Assembly (NCBI GenBank): GCA_027319565.1
Contig: DAHVNA010000002.1
Coordinates: 1-64,000, forward strand
Direction of reading: 5' to 3'
DNA length: 64,000 nt
Source of the DNA: Elusimicrobiota bacterium
GTDB lineage: Bacteria > Elusimicrobiota > Elusimicrobia > UBA1565 > UBA9628
Shown: positions 23,177-32,121 of the stretch, in pieces
How positions within the stretch are numbered: position 1 is the first letter of the stretch
How the letters are laid out: every line of letters starts with the position of its first letter
Made by a program: the position numbers and the translations under genes
The notes under the pieces: model-generated
Seen by the model: only the letters and a program-made list of their open reading frames with translations
What the model was told of the DNA's origin: nothing
The model's database searches: none

Positions 23177-23703
23177 TCCGAAAGGGCTCCGGCGTTTTTT
23201 TACTTTTACTTCCGTTCTGTTTTTCATCGGCCTGCAAAAAGCAAAAAGACGCCGCCCCTGAAGAGCCGCGCCAGATCATGAGCCATTTCGCGATGGACCA
23301 ATCAGATCTCAACACAAAGATATGGCATTTAATCGCCGATCGCGCGATTTTATCCGAAGAGAAAAACCAGGCCTATTTGACCAATCCCCATATGCTGTTT
23401 TATAAGAATAACCGCCCCGACACCAAGGTCAAATCTAAAACCGGGGTGGTTCAAACCGAAACCCATGACGTGGTTTTGTCCAGCGATGTGGTCGCCGTCT
23501 CTTTAAGCGATAACAATCAACTCTACACCTCGCAACTTTTCTATTCCGCGGCCAAGCATCAGTTTTTGACCCAAAAGAAAGTAAAGGTCGTGCGCCCCTC
23601 GGGAACGACCTACGGCCAGGGGCTAAAAGCCTCCGAGGATTTGTCTCAAATCAAGATTTTTCACCAGCAAAGTTTCGTGAAATCCTCCCCCGGGAAACAA
23701 TGA
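23173..23703 (+). CDS. lptC: LPS export periplasmic protein LptC (lipoprotein-type N terminus)
   Basis: Likely GTG start at 23173 overlapping the upstream TGA; FSSAC lipobox; WHLIADRA, LYTSQLFY, GQGL beta-jellyroll motifs. Confidence 0.82.
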   Translation: MIRKGSGVFLLLLPFCFSSACKKQKDAAPEEPRQIMSHFAMDQSDLNTKIWHLIADRAILSEEKNQAYLTNPHMLFYKNNRPDTKVKSKTGVVQTETHDVVLSSDVVAVSLSDNNQLYTSQLFYSAAKHQFLTQKKVKVVRPSGTTYGQGLKASEDLSQIKIFHQQSFVKSSPGKQ

Positions 23704-24494
23704 AAACGCTGATTTTAGCCGTTCTTTTCTTGCCTTCTCTTAAAGAAGCCCGCGCGGAACAAGTAGCCGGCGCGGTGGTGACCAGCAAAGAATGGGATGT
23801 TAAACGCGGAAAAAACACGATTGAAAATTTTTCCGGAGACGTCCATTACCACTCGGGGCCAAATCAAATATGGTCGGATTGGGCGCGTTTTAACCACGCC
23901 CTTCAAGACTGGCTTTTTAAAGGCCATGTCAAAGCGTTCCATATCGAGGACTCCGGAACCGTCCTCAAGGCTTACGGAGAGAAAGGCGGATACAATCAGG
24001 CCACTCAGAAAGGTTGGCTCAAGCCCAGCGCCAAACAAAAGCAGGTTCTTCTGATCCGACAACCCCTCAATGAATTTCCAGGACATGCAACCGCCGACAA
24101 GGTCCGCTGGGTTGGAACTTCAAAAACGACTTTAGATGGGCATGTCCACGCCCAAAATTTGCAAACCGAAAGCTGGTCGGATAAAAGCGTCATTTTAGAA
24201 AACCCCGGAGATAAACCCGGGTGTTCGCTTCGCCGCGTGACTTTAAGCGGGAGCCGGCCCGTGGCCGTCAAATTTCGCCAAGCCCCCAAGGATTGGACCG
24301 GAGCGGTGAAGGCCGATCAGCTTAAGATGTTTGAACCCCACTTATCCAATCAAGAAGGCTCTGACGGAAGCGATGTCTGCGGAGAAAGCCGCTATGTCGC
24401 GCTTGGCCACGCGCGGGGATGGATGGTTTTCCAAAATTCAAAAAAGCGTAAAAAGAAAAAAACGAAACCGGGCAAAGGAAAATCAAAAAAATGA
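23700..24494 (+). CDS. lptA: LptA/OstA-like periplasmic protein
   Basis: Signal peptide; FSGDV, FKGHV, LDGHV jellyroll repeats; sits between lptC and lptB. Confidence 0.65.
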   Translation: MKTLILAVLFLPSLKEARAEQVAGAVVTSKEWDVKRGKNTIENFSGDVHYHSGPNQIWSDWARFNHALQDWLFKGHVKAFHIEDSGTVLKAYGEKGGYNQATQKGWLKPSAKQKQVLLIRQPLNEFPGHATADKVRWVGTSKTTLDGHVHAQNLQTESWSDKSVILENPGDKPGCSLRRVTLSGSRPVAVKFRQAPKDWTGAVKADQLKMFEPHLSNQEGSDGSDVCGESRYVALGHARGWMVFQNSKKRKKKKTKPGKGKSKK

Positions 24495-25210
24495 AACTGG
24501 CCGCCGACAATATCCGCAAAAAATACGGAGAGAGAGAAGTCGTCAAGGGAGTTTCCCTCTATGTTCAATCCGGCGAAATCGTGGGTCTTTTGGGTCCCAA
24601 TGGAGCCGGGAAAACGACGACTTTTTACAGTCTGGCCGGTTTTATTCGCCCCAACGCGGGCCGCATCATGATTGACGATGAAGACGTGACTAGGCTGCCG
24701 ATGTATCTGCGCTCAAGAAAGGGCCTCAGCTATCTCGCCCAAGAGCCGACTATTTTCCGCGGGCTGACGGTCGAGGAAAATTTGCGCGCGATTTTAGAGA
24801 GAATATCCAAAAGCCGCATGGAACAATTGCGCCGCACGAAAGAACTCCTCGATGAGTTCGGCTTATGGCCGCGCCGAAAGCAGCTCGCCTCTTCGCTCTC
24901 GGGCGGCGAAAAAAGACGTTTGGAAGTCGCCCGCGCCATGATCTCAAATCCCAAATTAATTTTGCTTGACGAACCCTTTGTGGGAATCGACCCCATTACG
25001 GTTTCGGAATTAAAGTCCATCATCACCAAGCTTAAAAAACAAGGCATCGGAGTTTTGATCACCGATCATAACGTTCGGGAAACCCTTCCCATCATTGAAA
25101 GAGCCTATCTCATCTATGACGGGAAAATTTTAGTCGACGGAAGTTCCGACAAGCTCTTAAATGACCCCGAGGCCCGCCGCCTCTATCTAGGAGAAGATTT
25201 CAAAATATGA
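24491..25210 (+). CDS. lptB: LPS export ABC ATPase
   Basis: GPNGAGKTT, LPMYLRSRKGLSYLAQE, LSGGEKRR, LLDEPF, ITDHNVRET, YLGEDF. Confidence 0.96.
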   Translation: MKLAADNIRKKYGEREVVKGVSLYVQSGEIVGLLGPNGAGKTTTFYSLAGFIRPNAGRIMIDDEDVTRLPMYLRSRKGLSYLAQEPTIFRGLTVEENLRAILERISKSRMEQLRRTKELLDEFGLWPRRKQLASSLSGGEKRRLEVARAMISNPKLILLDEPFVGIDPITVSELKSIITKLKKQGIGVLITDHNVRETLPIIERAYLIYDGKILVDGSSDKLLNDPEARRLYLGEDFKI

Positions 25211-26001
25211 CCGCTCAAGAATGGATCCCCGACTTTTTTGTTTTCATCCTGGGTCTTATTGTCGGCAGCTTCACCAATGTCCTGATTTACCGCCTCCCCA
25301 AGGAAGAGTCTCCCGTTTTTCCCTCTTCCCATTGCCCTCAATGCGGTCATCCTATCGCTTTCTACGATAATGTGCCGGTGTTTAGCTACCTCATCCTCAA
25401 GGCCCATTGCCGGCACTGCCATGAATCTATCTCGCTTCGCTATCCGTTGATTGAGATCGGACTAGGAATATTATCAGTCGCGCTTTGGCAACGCTGGAAA
25501 GCGGCCCCTCTATGGTTTGTTTCGACCCTGATTTTCTCTTCCGCTCTAACGGCGATTTCTCTCATCGATTTTGAGACCTTTTTAATCCCCGATATTTTAT
25601 CCTTGGGCCTGATCGCTATGGGGTTTTTGTCTTCTCCCTTTAATCCCTTGTTTGGAAAAGCCGCCTGGTGGATGAAATTATGGATTAGTTGTCGAGGGGC
25701 GCTTGTAGGCTTTTTCATTTGCGCCGCTATCGCCTGGGCAGGCGAAAAAATATTCAAAAAAGAAGCGCTGGGCGGCGGAGACATCAAACTTCTGGCCGCG
25801 GTCGGCTCTTTATCGGGAGCCTTGGGGGCGTTTAACTGTCTCATGATCGGCTCTCTTTTGGGAACCTTCTACGGCATTGCCCTTATTATCAGGGGCAAGG
25901 TCACGCGCTCTGACCCAATTCCCTTCGGGCCTTTTTTGAGCGTCGCGGCGATTTTTAATTTATTCTATATCCTGCCCTTTGGATTTCCTTTTCGATTTTG
26001 A
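25207..26001 (+). CDS. pilD: Prepilin peptidase/N-methyltransferase (A24)
   Basis: GSFTNVLIYRLP, CPQC...CRHC, GGGDIKL, IPFGPFL. Confidence 0.93.
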   Translation: MTAQEWIPDFFVFILGLIVGSFTNVLIYRLPKEESPVFPSSHCPQCGHPIAFYDNVPVFSYLILKAHCRHCHESISLRYPLIEIGLGILSVALWQRWKAAPLWFVSTLIFSSALTAISLIDFETFLIPDILSLGLIAMGFLSSPFNPLFGKAAWWMKLWISCRGALVGFFICAAIAWAGEKIFKKEALGGGDIKLLAAVGSLSGALGAFNCLMIGSLLGTFYGIALIIRGKVTRSDPIPFGPFLSVAAIFNLFYILPFGFPFRF

Positions 26002-26084
26002 CCCGTTCCGCCCTCATCTGATAAAATAAAGGGAGTTCTGTCGCCCCGGCAATCCGTCGCCGGAAAGAAGGTTCATGGTTTTAT

Positions 26085-26156
26085 TCCGGGCTAGCTCAAT
26101 GGTGGAGCAGGCCGCTGTTAACGGCAAGGTTGTAGGTTCGAGTCCTACGCCCGGAG
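26085..26156 (+). tRNA. tRNA-Asn(GTT), CCA not encoded
   Basis: Acceptor TCCGGGC/GCCCGGA, D arm GCTC/GAGC, anticodon GTT at 26117-26119, T arm GTAGG-TTCGAGT-CCTAC. Confidence 0.96.
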
Positions 26157-26225
26157 GCAGTTTCTCAAATCAAGCTCGGGAATAACCAATTCACCTTGGC
26201 CTAAAAAATGGGGAAACGTCACATT

Positions 26226-26585
26226 CTATGGCGTAGCGTATAAGGCGCCGCTGTGTCTCAGAGATGCCGCTTGCCGAGAGCGTGATTCTTCGTGCGAAAC
26301 GGGGGAGAAGCTCATCCGAATACTATAAACCGCTAAGATGGCGTTTAAAGTGCTGATTGCCGGATTGCCTTTAGATGAGAGGGTTTTATAAAGAGTCGTC
26401 CGGCTGAGTTTTGTTTTTTTCGCAAGCTCCCCAATCCCGCCTTGAGCCTCGACCACATTGCGAAGAGCTTTAAGAAGAGGTTGGAGTTCCCCATCTTCGG
26501 CAACAGAGTTAAGATAAGCGGCGGCTTCCGCCGGGTCCGCAAGGTGATTGATTAAATACTTATGGTGCGAAATCATTTTTTTCAT
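26226..26585 (-). CDS. Addiction-module antitoxin, HI1420-like HTH protein
   Basis: EAAAYLNSV...LKALRNVVEAQGGIGELAKKTKLSRTTLYKTLSSKGNP. Confidence 0.88.
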   Translation of the reverse strand: MKKMISHHKYLINHLADPAEAAAYLNSVAEDGELQPLLKALRNVVEAQGGIGELAKKTKLSRTTLYKTLSSKGNPAISTLNAILAVYSIRMSFSPVSHEESRSRQAASLRHSGALYATP

Positions 26586-26903
26586 TTGAGCCTCCTGAAA
26601 TCAGCCCATAATCTTTGAGCCCTGCCAATATCCTTTCTCTGCGTTTTCTTCTCTCCACCGCAAAGAAGCAAGACAATTGTTACCGTAATAGACGCGATAA
26701 CCGGGACCCTCATGGATGCGAATTTCCCAAACACCGCCGCCAACAGAACGATGGTCCCCAAAATTTCCTTCCTCAATGCGGTCAATGCGTTTGAGGATTG
26801 CCGCTCGTGCAGAGATATCCCTAAGTCCGCCTAGCCACTCTCCAAAAATGTCTTTACCATCAATGGTCACATAGTGAAAGACCTTACGTTGCTGTGGTTG
26901 CAT
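26582..26903 (-). pseudogene. RelE/ParE-family (HI1419-like) toxin, frameshifted at about 26681
   Basis: One frame gives ...GNFGDHRSVGGGVWEIRIHEGPGYRVYYG; the conserved tail TIVLLLCGGEKKTQRKDIGRAQRLW is in another frame whose stop overlaps the antitoxin ATG (ATGA). Confidence 0.85.
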
Positions 26904-26918
26904 AGAGGACTTACCTTA

Positions 26919-26947
26919 AGTGTAGTCTATAAAAGACACATTGTCAA
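26919..26947 (-). promoter_or_regulatory. Sigma70 promoter of the TA operon with a palindrome in the spacer
   Basis: TTGACA (26947-26942), 17-nt spacer, TACACT (26924-26919); spacer contains GTCT-N5-AGAC. Confidence 0.75.
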
Positions 26948-27253
26948 TAGCGGCTGAAATCAAAACCAACAGTTCCCCGGTTTTAGGATGTTTGCTTTAA
27001 CTGGCATTATCGCAAACATAAATAATTCGCTCATACTGGCTGTAGCAACTTGTTCAGCCCTGCCATTTTAGGCGCATTTCCTCCAGTCAGCCAAGTTCGA
27101 TATTCGTTGACGATGATGACATTCCCCCAAAAAACTAGGCCAGAAGGAATCTGCGAATTTCAGGAACACCATGATTAATTCCGGCCAATTTTTGGATTCA
27201 GCATCCCGTTTCTCCTGGCCACCAACGAATCTTTTCTATACTTAATCTATTCA

Positions 27254-28270
27254 ATGGATGCCGCGCTTTCCGACCGTCTTGCTACCGCTCTTCAATATCG
27301 CTCGGCGCTATTGACTCAGCTGCACGCCGAAGAGACGGACGCTTACCGGTTGTTTCATGGCAGCGTGGAGGGGCATCCGGGGCTGACGGTCGATCGTTAT
27401 GGCGACTTGTTGATCGTGCAGAGTTTTCACACTCCGCTGCCAGCGCCGCAGCTTGCGGAGCTGGAGGTCTTCTACGCCCACGCCTTTCCGGGTCTGACCT
27501 TGATCTACAACGACCGCAGCCAGTCGAATTCGCGCATTGGCAACAAGCTCTCGCCCGAGATGCTGGCCGCTGCAAAAGAACCGCGCCAAGCGCGCGAGTT
27601 GGGGGTGAATTATCTCATTCAGGCGCGACACGCCGGCCAAGATCCGTGGCTCTTCCTCGATCTGCGCGCCGCGCGTCGTCGCGTGATGCAAGAGATCCGC
27701 GGCAAGTCGCTACTGAACGTCTTCTCCTACACCTGCGGCGTGGGCGTTGCCGCCGCCAAAGCCGGCGCGAGCAGCGTTGTAAATGTGGATTTCGCGCGGT
27801 CAAGCCTCTCGGTCGGAAAAGAAAACGCCCGGATCAACGACCTGCCCATCCAGATGCGCTTCGTGCAAAGCGACGCTTTCCCGGCACTGCGGCAATTTTC
27901 CGGTTTAGGACAACCCACCTTCGTGCGCGGCAAACGCTTGCCGCATTTCGAAAGACTTAAAAAACAGAAATTCGACATGGTATTTCTCGACCCGCCCCCC
28001 TACGCCAAGAGCCCTTTTGGTGTGGTAGACTTGATCCATGATTATGCCGCGTTGTTTAAACCCGCTCTTTTGTGCGTCGCCGAGAAGGGCAGCATGATCT
28101 GCTGCAACAACGTCGCGCAGGTCTCTCGCGAAGTCTGGATCGACCAACTAGAACGCAGCGCCCGCAAAGTCTTCCGTCCGATTCGCGAAGTAGAGTGGAT
28201 CACGCCGGAAAACGATTTTCCAAGCCACGATGGACGGCCGCCACTAAAGACGGCGCTCCTGCGGCTCTAA
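27254..28270 (+). CDS. Class I SAM-dependent methyltransferase, RlmI/RlmK-like
   Basis: AYRLFHG, GLTVDRYG, LFLDLR, LLNVFSYTCG, FDMVFLDPP; visibly more GC-rich than flanking core genes. Confidence 0.85.
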   Translation: MDAALSDRLATALQYRSALLTQLHAEETDAYRLFHGSVEGHPGLTVDRYGDLLIVQSFHTPLPAPQLAELEVFYAHAFPGLTLIYNDRSQSNSRIGNKLSPEMLAAAKEPRQARELGVNYLIQARHAGQDPWLFLDLRAARRRVMQEIRGKSLLNVFSYTCGVGVAAAKAGASSVVNVDFARSSLSVGKENARINDLPIQMRFVQSDAFPALRQFSGLGQPTFVRGKRLPHFERLKKQKFDMVFLDPPPYAKSPFGVVDLIHDYAALFKPALLCVAEKGSMICCNNVAQVSREVWIDQLERSARKVFRPIREVEWITPENDFPSHDGRPPLKTALLRL

Positions 28271-28410
28271 GCGCGATAGGATTTGTCCGCATTGTTATAA
28301 TAGACGCGATGGCCGCTCAATGGCGTGTGCCAAAACTGCCTGCAGTCTATCGAAATTCGTCCGCGCTAGAACTCATCTAAGTCGAGATGGATGTTCCGTG
28401 ATTTCTGTTT

Positions 28411-29796
28411 TTATCGTCCGGGTTTTTTGTGGTGGTATGAGTGTTTTGGGGTCTTATTGGGAACATGCGGCGGATGAAGTGGTTTTTCTTTTTCGCGCTC
28501 GTCAAAAACCTCGGGAGCAATCATCGTCAGAAAGCGGCCGATGACCTCGCCCAAGCTCATCTTGCCGGCCGCGCGCTCCCAGTCCGGACCTAAAAGATCG
28601 ACAGCGCGCTGAAAATTCTTCTGCCCCTCAAAGCGAGAGAGGATCTTTGATATTTTTTTGCCGGCGACTTCGCGGCGGCCGGGAATTTTTCCCTCTCGAA
28701 GGCGCGTTTTAGTCATGTGCTCAAGGCGATTGACCAAAGCGCGAGTGGCTGGCGCGACAAGGCTGATGGCGATGCCGGCTTTTCCGCTGCGGGCCGTGCG
28801 ACCAATGCGGTGGACATAGAGCTCAAGTTCTCTTGGAATTGAGTAGTTGATCACGTGAGTCAGTTCTTTGACGTCTAAGCCTCTCGAAGCCACATCGGTG
28901 CAGACCAAGAGGCTTGTCTTTTTATCGCGAAAAGCGCGCATCGTGCGCTCTCGATCGTCTTGGGATTTATCGCCATGCAAACAGTCAACCTTGTAGCCTT
29001 TGTCCAACAGATATTGGGTCAAATCCATCACGAGAGATTTTGTCTGGCAAAAAACCAAACCGTAAAAATTATCGGCCAGCTCGATGAGTTTGCAGAGAAT
29101 TTCTGGTTTGTCTGACTCGCGGACGATGTAATAAATTTGTTCCACCGTGCTTGAGAGCATCTCGGTTCGATTGACCTGGGCCATCACGGGCTTTCTGAGA
29201 TAGGTGTCGGCAACGCGGCGCACTTGGCCGCTCATTGTCGCCGAAAAAAGCCAGATATGGCTGGACTCTCGCGGGGTCGAGCGCAGTATTTTTTCCAAAT
29301 CTTCTTTAAACCCCATGGAGATCATCTCGTCGGCTTCGTCTAAGACGACGACTTTCGCGTCTTTGAGATTGAGAGATTTTCTGTCAATGTGATCAATAAT
29401 GCGACCGGGCGTGCCCACAATAATTTGCGCGCCGCGTTTAAGACCTTCAAATTGATCGGCGTATCCCGTGCCGCCGTAAATCGGTAGCGCTTTGATCCCT
29501 TTATATTTTCCAAGCAGATTGATTTGTCCGGAGACTTGAAGCGCCAGCTCCCGCGTCGGGCAAAGGATGACGCCTTGAACGCGCTTTGCGTGAGCGTCGA
29601 TTTTTTCTAAAAGCGGAATGCCAAACGCCGCGGTCTTTCCCGTGCCCGTGGCGGCAAGGCCGATAAAATCCACGGACGGAACGGCCAGAAGCGCCGGCAG
29701 AGCCTGCTGCTGAATGGGGGTGGGCGTCGTAAATCCCAGTTCGTGGATGGCGCGCGAAAGGGGCTCGCTCAGTTTAAGGTCGTCGAATGTGTTCAA
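28411..29796 (-). CDS. DEAD-box RNA helicase
   Basis: PTPIQ, ATGTGKT, PTRELA, TPGR, DEAD, SAT, HRIGRTAR. Confidence 0.96.
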   Translation of the reverse strand: MNTFDDLKLSEPLSRAIHELGFTTPTPIQQQALPALLAVPSVDFIGLAATGTGKTAAFGIPLLEKIDAHAKRVQGVILCPTRELALQVSGQINLLGKYKGIKALPIYGGTGYADQFEGLKRGAQIIVGTPGRIIDHIDRKSLNLKDAKVVVLDEADEMISMGFKEDLEKILRSTPRESSHIWLFSATMSGQVRRVADTYLRKPVMAQVNRTEMLSSTVEQIYYIVRESDKPEILCKLIELADNFYGLVFCQTKSLVMDLTQYLLDKGYKVDCLHGDKSQDDRERTMRAFRDKKTSLLVCTDVASRGLDVKELTHVINYSIPRELELYVHRIGRTARSGKAGIAISLVAPATRALVNRLEHMTKTRLREGKIPGRREVAGKKISKILSRFEGQKNFQRAVDLLGPDWERAAGKMSLGEVIGRFLTMIAPEVFDEREKEKPLHPPHVPNKTPKHSYHHKKPGR

Positions 29797-29824
29797 GGCT
29801 AAATTATACCACTTGCGCGAATTC

Positions 29825-31606
29825 TCAAGGGCGGAATTCGAGCTCTTCCCAGCGCCTGAACGCGGCGTCGACCGCTAGCTTCGCGGCGTCGAAGATTTCT
29901 TGGCGCTTAGAGAGCTCTTCGGCGTCGGTGGCGACGCTTGGGTCTTCCAGAGCCCTTTGAGCTTTGGCCGCTTGAGCTTCCGCCGCGTGGATTGCGGCTT
30001 CGATCTCTCTTAACTCTTTTGTTTTTTTCGCCGAGAGATCGGGTTTTTTATTTTCTTCTCGAAGAATCAACTCTCCTTTTTCTTCTGCCCTCCAGTCTTC
30101 CCACTGCGAAAGATCGGCGAAAAACCGGGAGTTTCCTTTCCCATCAAGCGCTAAAATTTCGCGGCTGACCCGATCAAGAAGATAGCGGTCGTGCGTCACG
30201 AGAACAAGCGCCCCCGGAAAATCAATCATGCTGGACTCAAGAACCTCCAGAGACTGTAGATCTAAATCATTGGTGGGCTCATCGAGAAGCAGCACGTCCG
30301 CGGTTTTGAGCATGAGACGCGCGATAAGAACGCGCGACTGCTCGCCGCCGGAAAGCCGGGAGAGCGAAAACTCAAGCTGCTCTTGTCGAAAAAGAAAACG
30401 GGAGGCCCAACCGTAAACGTGAATGCGGTTTCCTTTATAAAGAACATGTTCCCCATTTGGACAAAGGGCTTTTTTTAAACTCAAATTCAAATCCAGCTGC
30501 TCGCGGTGCTGATCAAAGGTCACAACCCTCAATTGATCGGCCCTCTTAAGAGTTCCTTCATCGGGAGTCATCTCTCCTGACAAAAGCTTAAGCAAAGTGC
30601 TTTTACCGCTGCCGTTTTCTCCCAGAAGCCCCAGCTTGTCTCCCGGCCCAAGAGTCAAATCCAGAGGCCCAAAGAGCTTTTTGCCACCCATGCTTTTCCC
30701 AATTTTTGAGGCCGTGATGAGCCGTTGGGTTTGCCTCTCGCTGCCGGAAAAATCAATATTGGCGGCCCGGCCCTGGGCATTGCGATATTTGAGTTCTGAA
30801 AGATCTCCCATGAGTTCTCCGGCGCGGTCGATGCGGGCCTGCTGCTTGGTCGTACGCGCCTTGGGGCCTCGGCGCAGCCACTCGATTTCGCCGCGCACGA
30901 TATTGCGCACGGAATCCTCGCGCGCGGCCTGCGCGGCCAAGAGCGCCTCACGGTTTTCCAAAAATCGGCTGTAATTGCCTTGGCTGCTGAAATGCCCCTC
31001 GGCATAGCGCTTGTTGAGCTCGATAACGCGGTTTGTCACGCGCTCAAGAAAGCGGCGGTCATGGGTGACAACGAGAAACGAAAACCTGAGATCAGAGAGT
31101 ATTTTTTCAAGCCAAAGAACGCCTTCAAGATCAAGATGATTGGTGGGCTCGTCAATTAACAACAAATCCGGCTCGCGAAGGACTTTCGTGATAATCGCCA
31201 AGCGTTTGCGCCAGCCCCCAGAGAGTTTTGAGACCGACTCTTCAGGATTTCTAAAGCCCGCTTTCTCAAGCCCATCTTCTACGCGCATATCCACTTCATA
31301 ATCTTCAAGACCTAAGTCTTGAAGAGCTAAAGCCAGGCTTTCACGCACGGAAATGTCTTTAGGCGCGTTTTCCAGACGATCATCCTGGGCCAAATAGTCG
31401 ACCTTTAAGCCGCGGCGAACGGACAAGACGCCGCTATCGGAGCGCTCGATGCCGGCTAAAATTTTAAGGAGAGTAGATTTCCCCGCGCCGTTTGGGCCGA
31501 TGAGCCCCGTCCGCTCGCCCTTGAAAAGCCCGAAGGTTAAATTCTCGAAAAGAGGCCGCGCCCCGAAGCTTTTGGAAAGATTTTGGCAACTAAGAAATAT
31601 ATCCAC
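29825..31606 (-). CDS. ABC-F family ATPase (Uup-like)
   Basis: Two ABC domains (GPNGAGKST/LSGGW/DEPTNHLD and GENGSGKST/LSGGE/DEPTNDLD), KARTTKQQARI linker, C-terminal coiled coil; likely start GTG 31606. Confidence 0.92.
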   Translation of the reverse strand: MDIFLSCQNLSKSFGARPLFENLTFGLFKGERTGLIGPNGAGKSTLLKILAGIERSDSGVLSVRRGLKVDYLAQDDRLENAPKDISVRESLALALQDLGLEDYEVDMRVEDGLEKAGFRNPEESVSKLSGGWRKRLAIITKVLREPDLLLIDEPTNHLDLEGVLWLEKILSDLRFSFLVVTHDRRFLERVTNRVIELNKRYAEGHFSSQGNYSRFLENREALLAAQAAREDSVRNIVRGEIEWLRRGPKARTTKQQARIDRAGELMGDLSELKYRNAQGRAANIDFSGSERQTQRLITASKIGKSMGGKKLFGPLDLTLGPGDKLGLLGENGSGKSTLLKLLSGEMTPDEGTLKRADQLRVVTFDQHREQLDLNLSLKKALCPNGEHVLYKGNRIHVYGWASRFLFRQEQLEFSLSRLSGGEQSRVLIARLMLKTADVLLLDEPTNDLDLQSLEVLESSMIDFPGALVLVTHDRYLLDRVSREILALDGKGNSRFFADLSQWEDWRAEEKGELILREENKKPDLSAKKTKELREIEAAIHAAEAQAAKAQRALEDPSVATDAEELSKRQEIFDAAKLAVDAAFRRWEELEFRP

Positions 31607-31710
31607 GCCAGCAATTATCGCATTTCTCGTTAGCAATAGGGACTGAGCGAGCTCTGACGAGCATGCCAATTGAGCGAATCAATCGGCCCGGAAAATCTTA
31701 GGAAAAACTT

Positions 31711-31875
31711 TTACGCTTTTTTGTTTTCCTCGACAAACTTGCGGATATCCTCGATGTGCTCAAGGACAAGGGCCGCTTTACTGAGGCCAAACTGAAACGG
31801 GTATTTGTCCTCGGCATTCCGCTTGAGGATAATCATTTTGTTGCCCTTGAACTCTCCGTATTCAACCATTCCCAT
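31711..31875 (-). CDS. Small 54-aa hypothetical protein (below the ORF-track cutoff)
   Basis: AGGAGG at 31886-31881, then MGMVEYGEFKGNKMIILKRNAEDKYPFQFGLSKAALVLEHIEDIRKFVEENKKA*. Confidence 0.8.
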   Translation of the reverse strand: MGMVEYGEFKGNKMIILKRNAEDKYPFQFGLSKAALVLEHIEDIRKFVEENKKA

Positions 31876-31890
31876 AATCGCCTCCTGAAA

Positions 31891-32109
31891 TTAACGTCTT
31901 TTTAAAAAAGAGAAAAGCAAACTCAACAACGCGCTAATAATGAGCGAACTCGTCAACGGGAAAAAGAAGCTAAAATTTCCCCGCCGAATCTGAATATCTC
32001 CCGGCAAACGTCCCAGATAAGGGATTTTTCCCGCCAAAAGGAAAACCAGCCCCAACGCGATCAGAGCGCCTCCGGCGAAAATAAGCGAACGCCCTAGGGT
32101 ATGGGTCAT
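31891..32109 (-). CDS. DUF2905 family small membrane protein
   Basis: LGRLPGDIQIRRGNFSFFFPLTSSLIIS signature. Confidence 0.88.
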   Translation of the reverse strand: MTHTLGRSLIFAGGALIALGLVFLLAGKIPYLGRLPGDIQIRRGNFSFFFPLTSSLIISALLSLLFSFLKRR

Positions 32110-32121
32110 CGAATTATTTTT

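Noticed and set aside
26950..27250. About 300 bp of unexplained DNA between the TA promoter and the methyltransferase
   Set aside because: The minus-strand frames I translated are short and unrecognisable; it may be a gene remnant but I cannot support a call.
26686..28310. 13-nt direct repeat TAATAGACGCGAT at 26686 and 28298
   Set aside because: Repeats of this length are expected by chance in 64 kb, and one copy is constrained by toxin coding.
31686..31692. GCCCGGA matching the tRNA-Asn 3' end as a possible attR
   Set aside because: Only 7 nt; expected by chance and no integrase is present.
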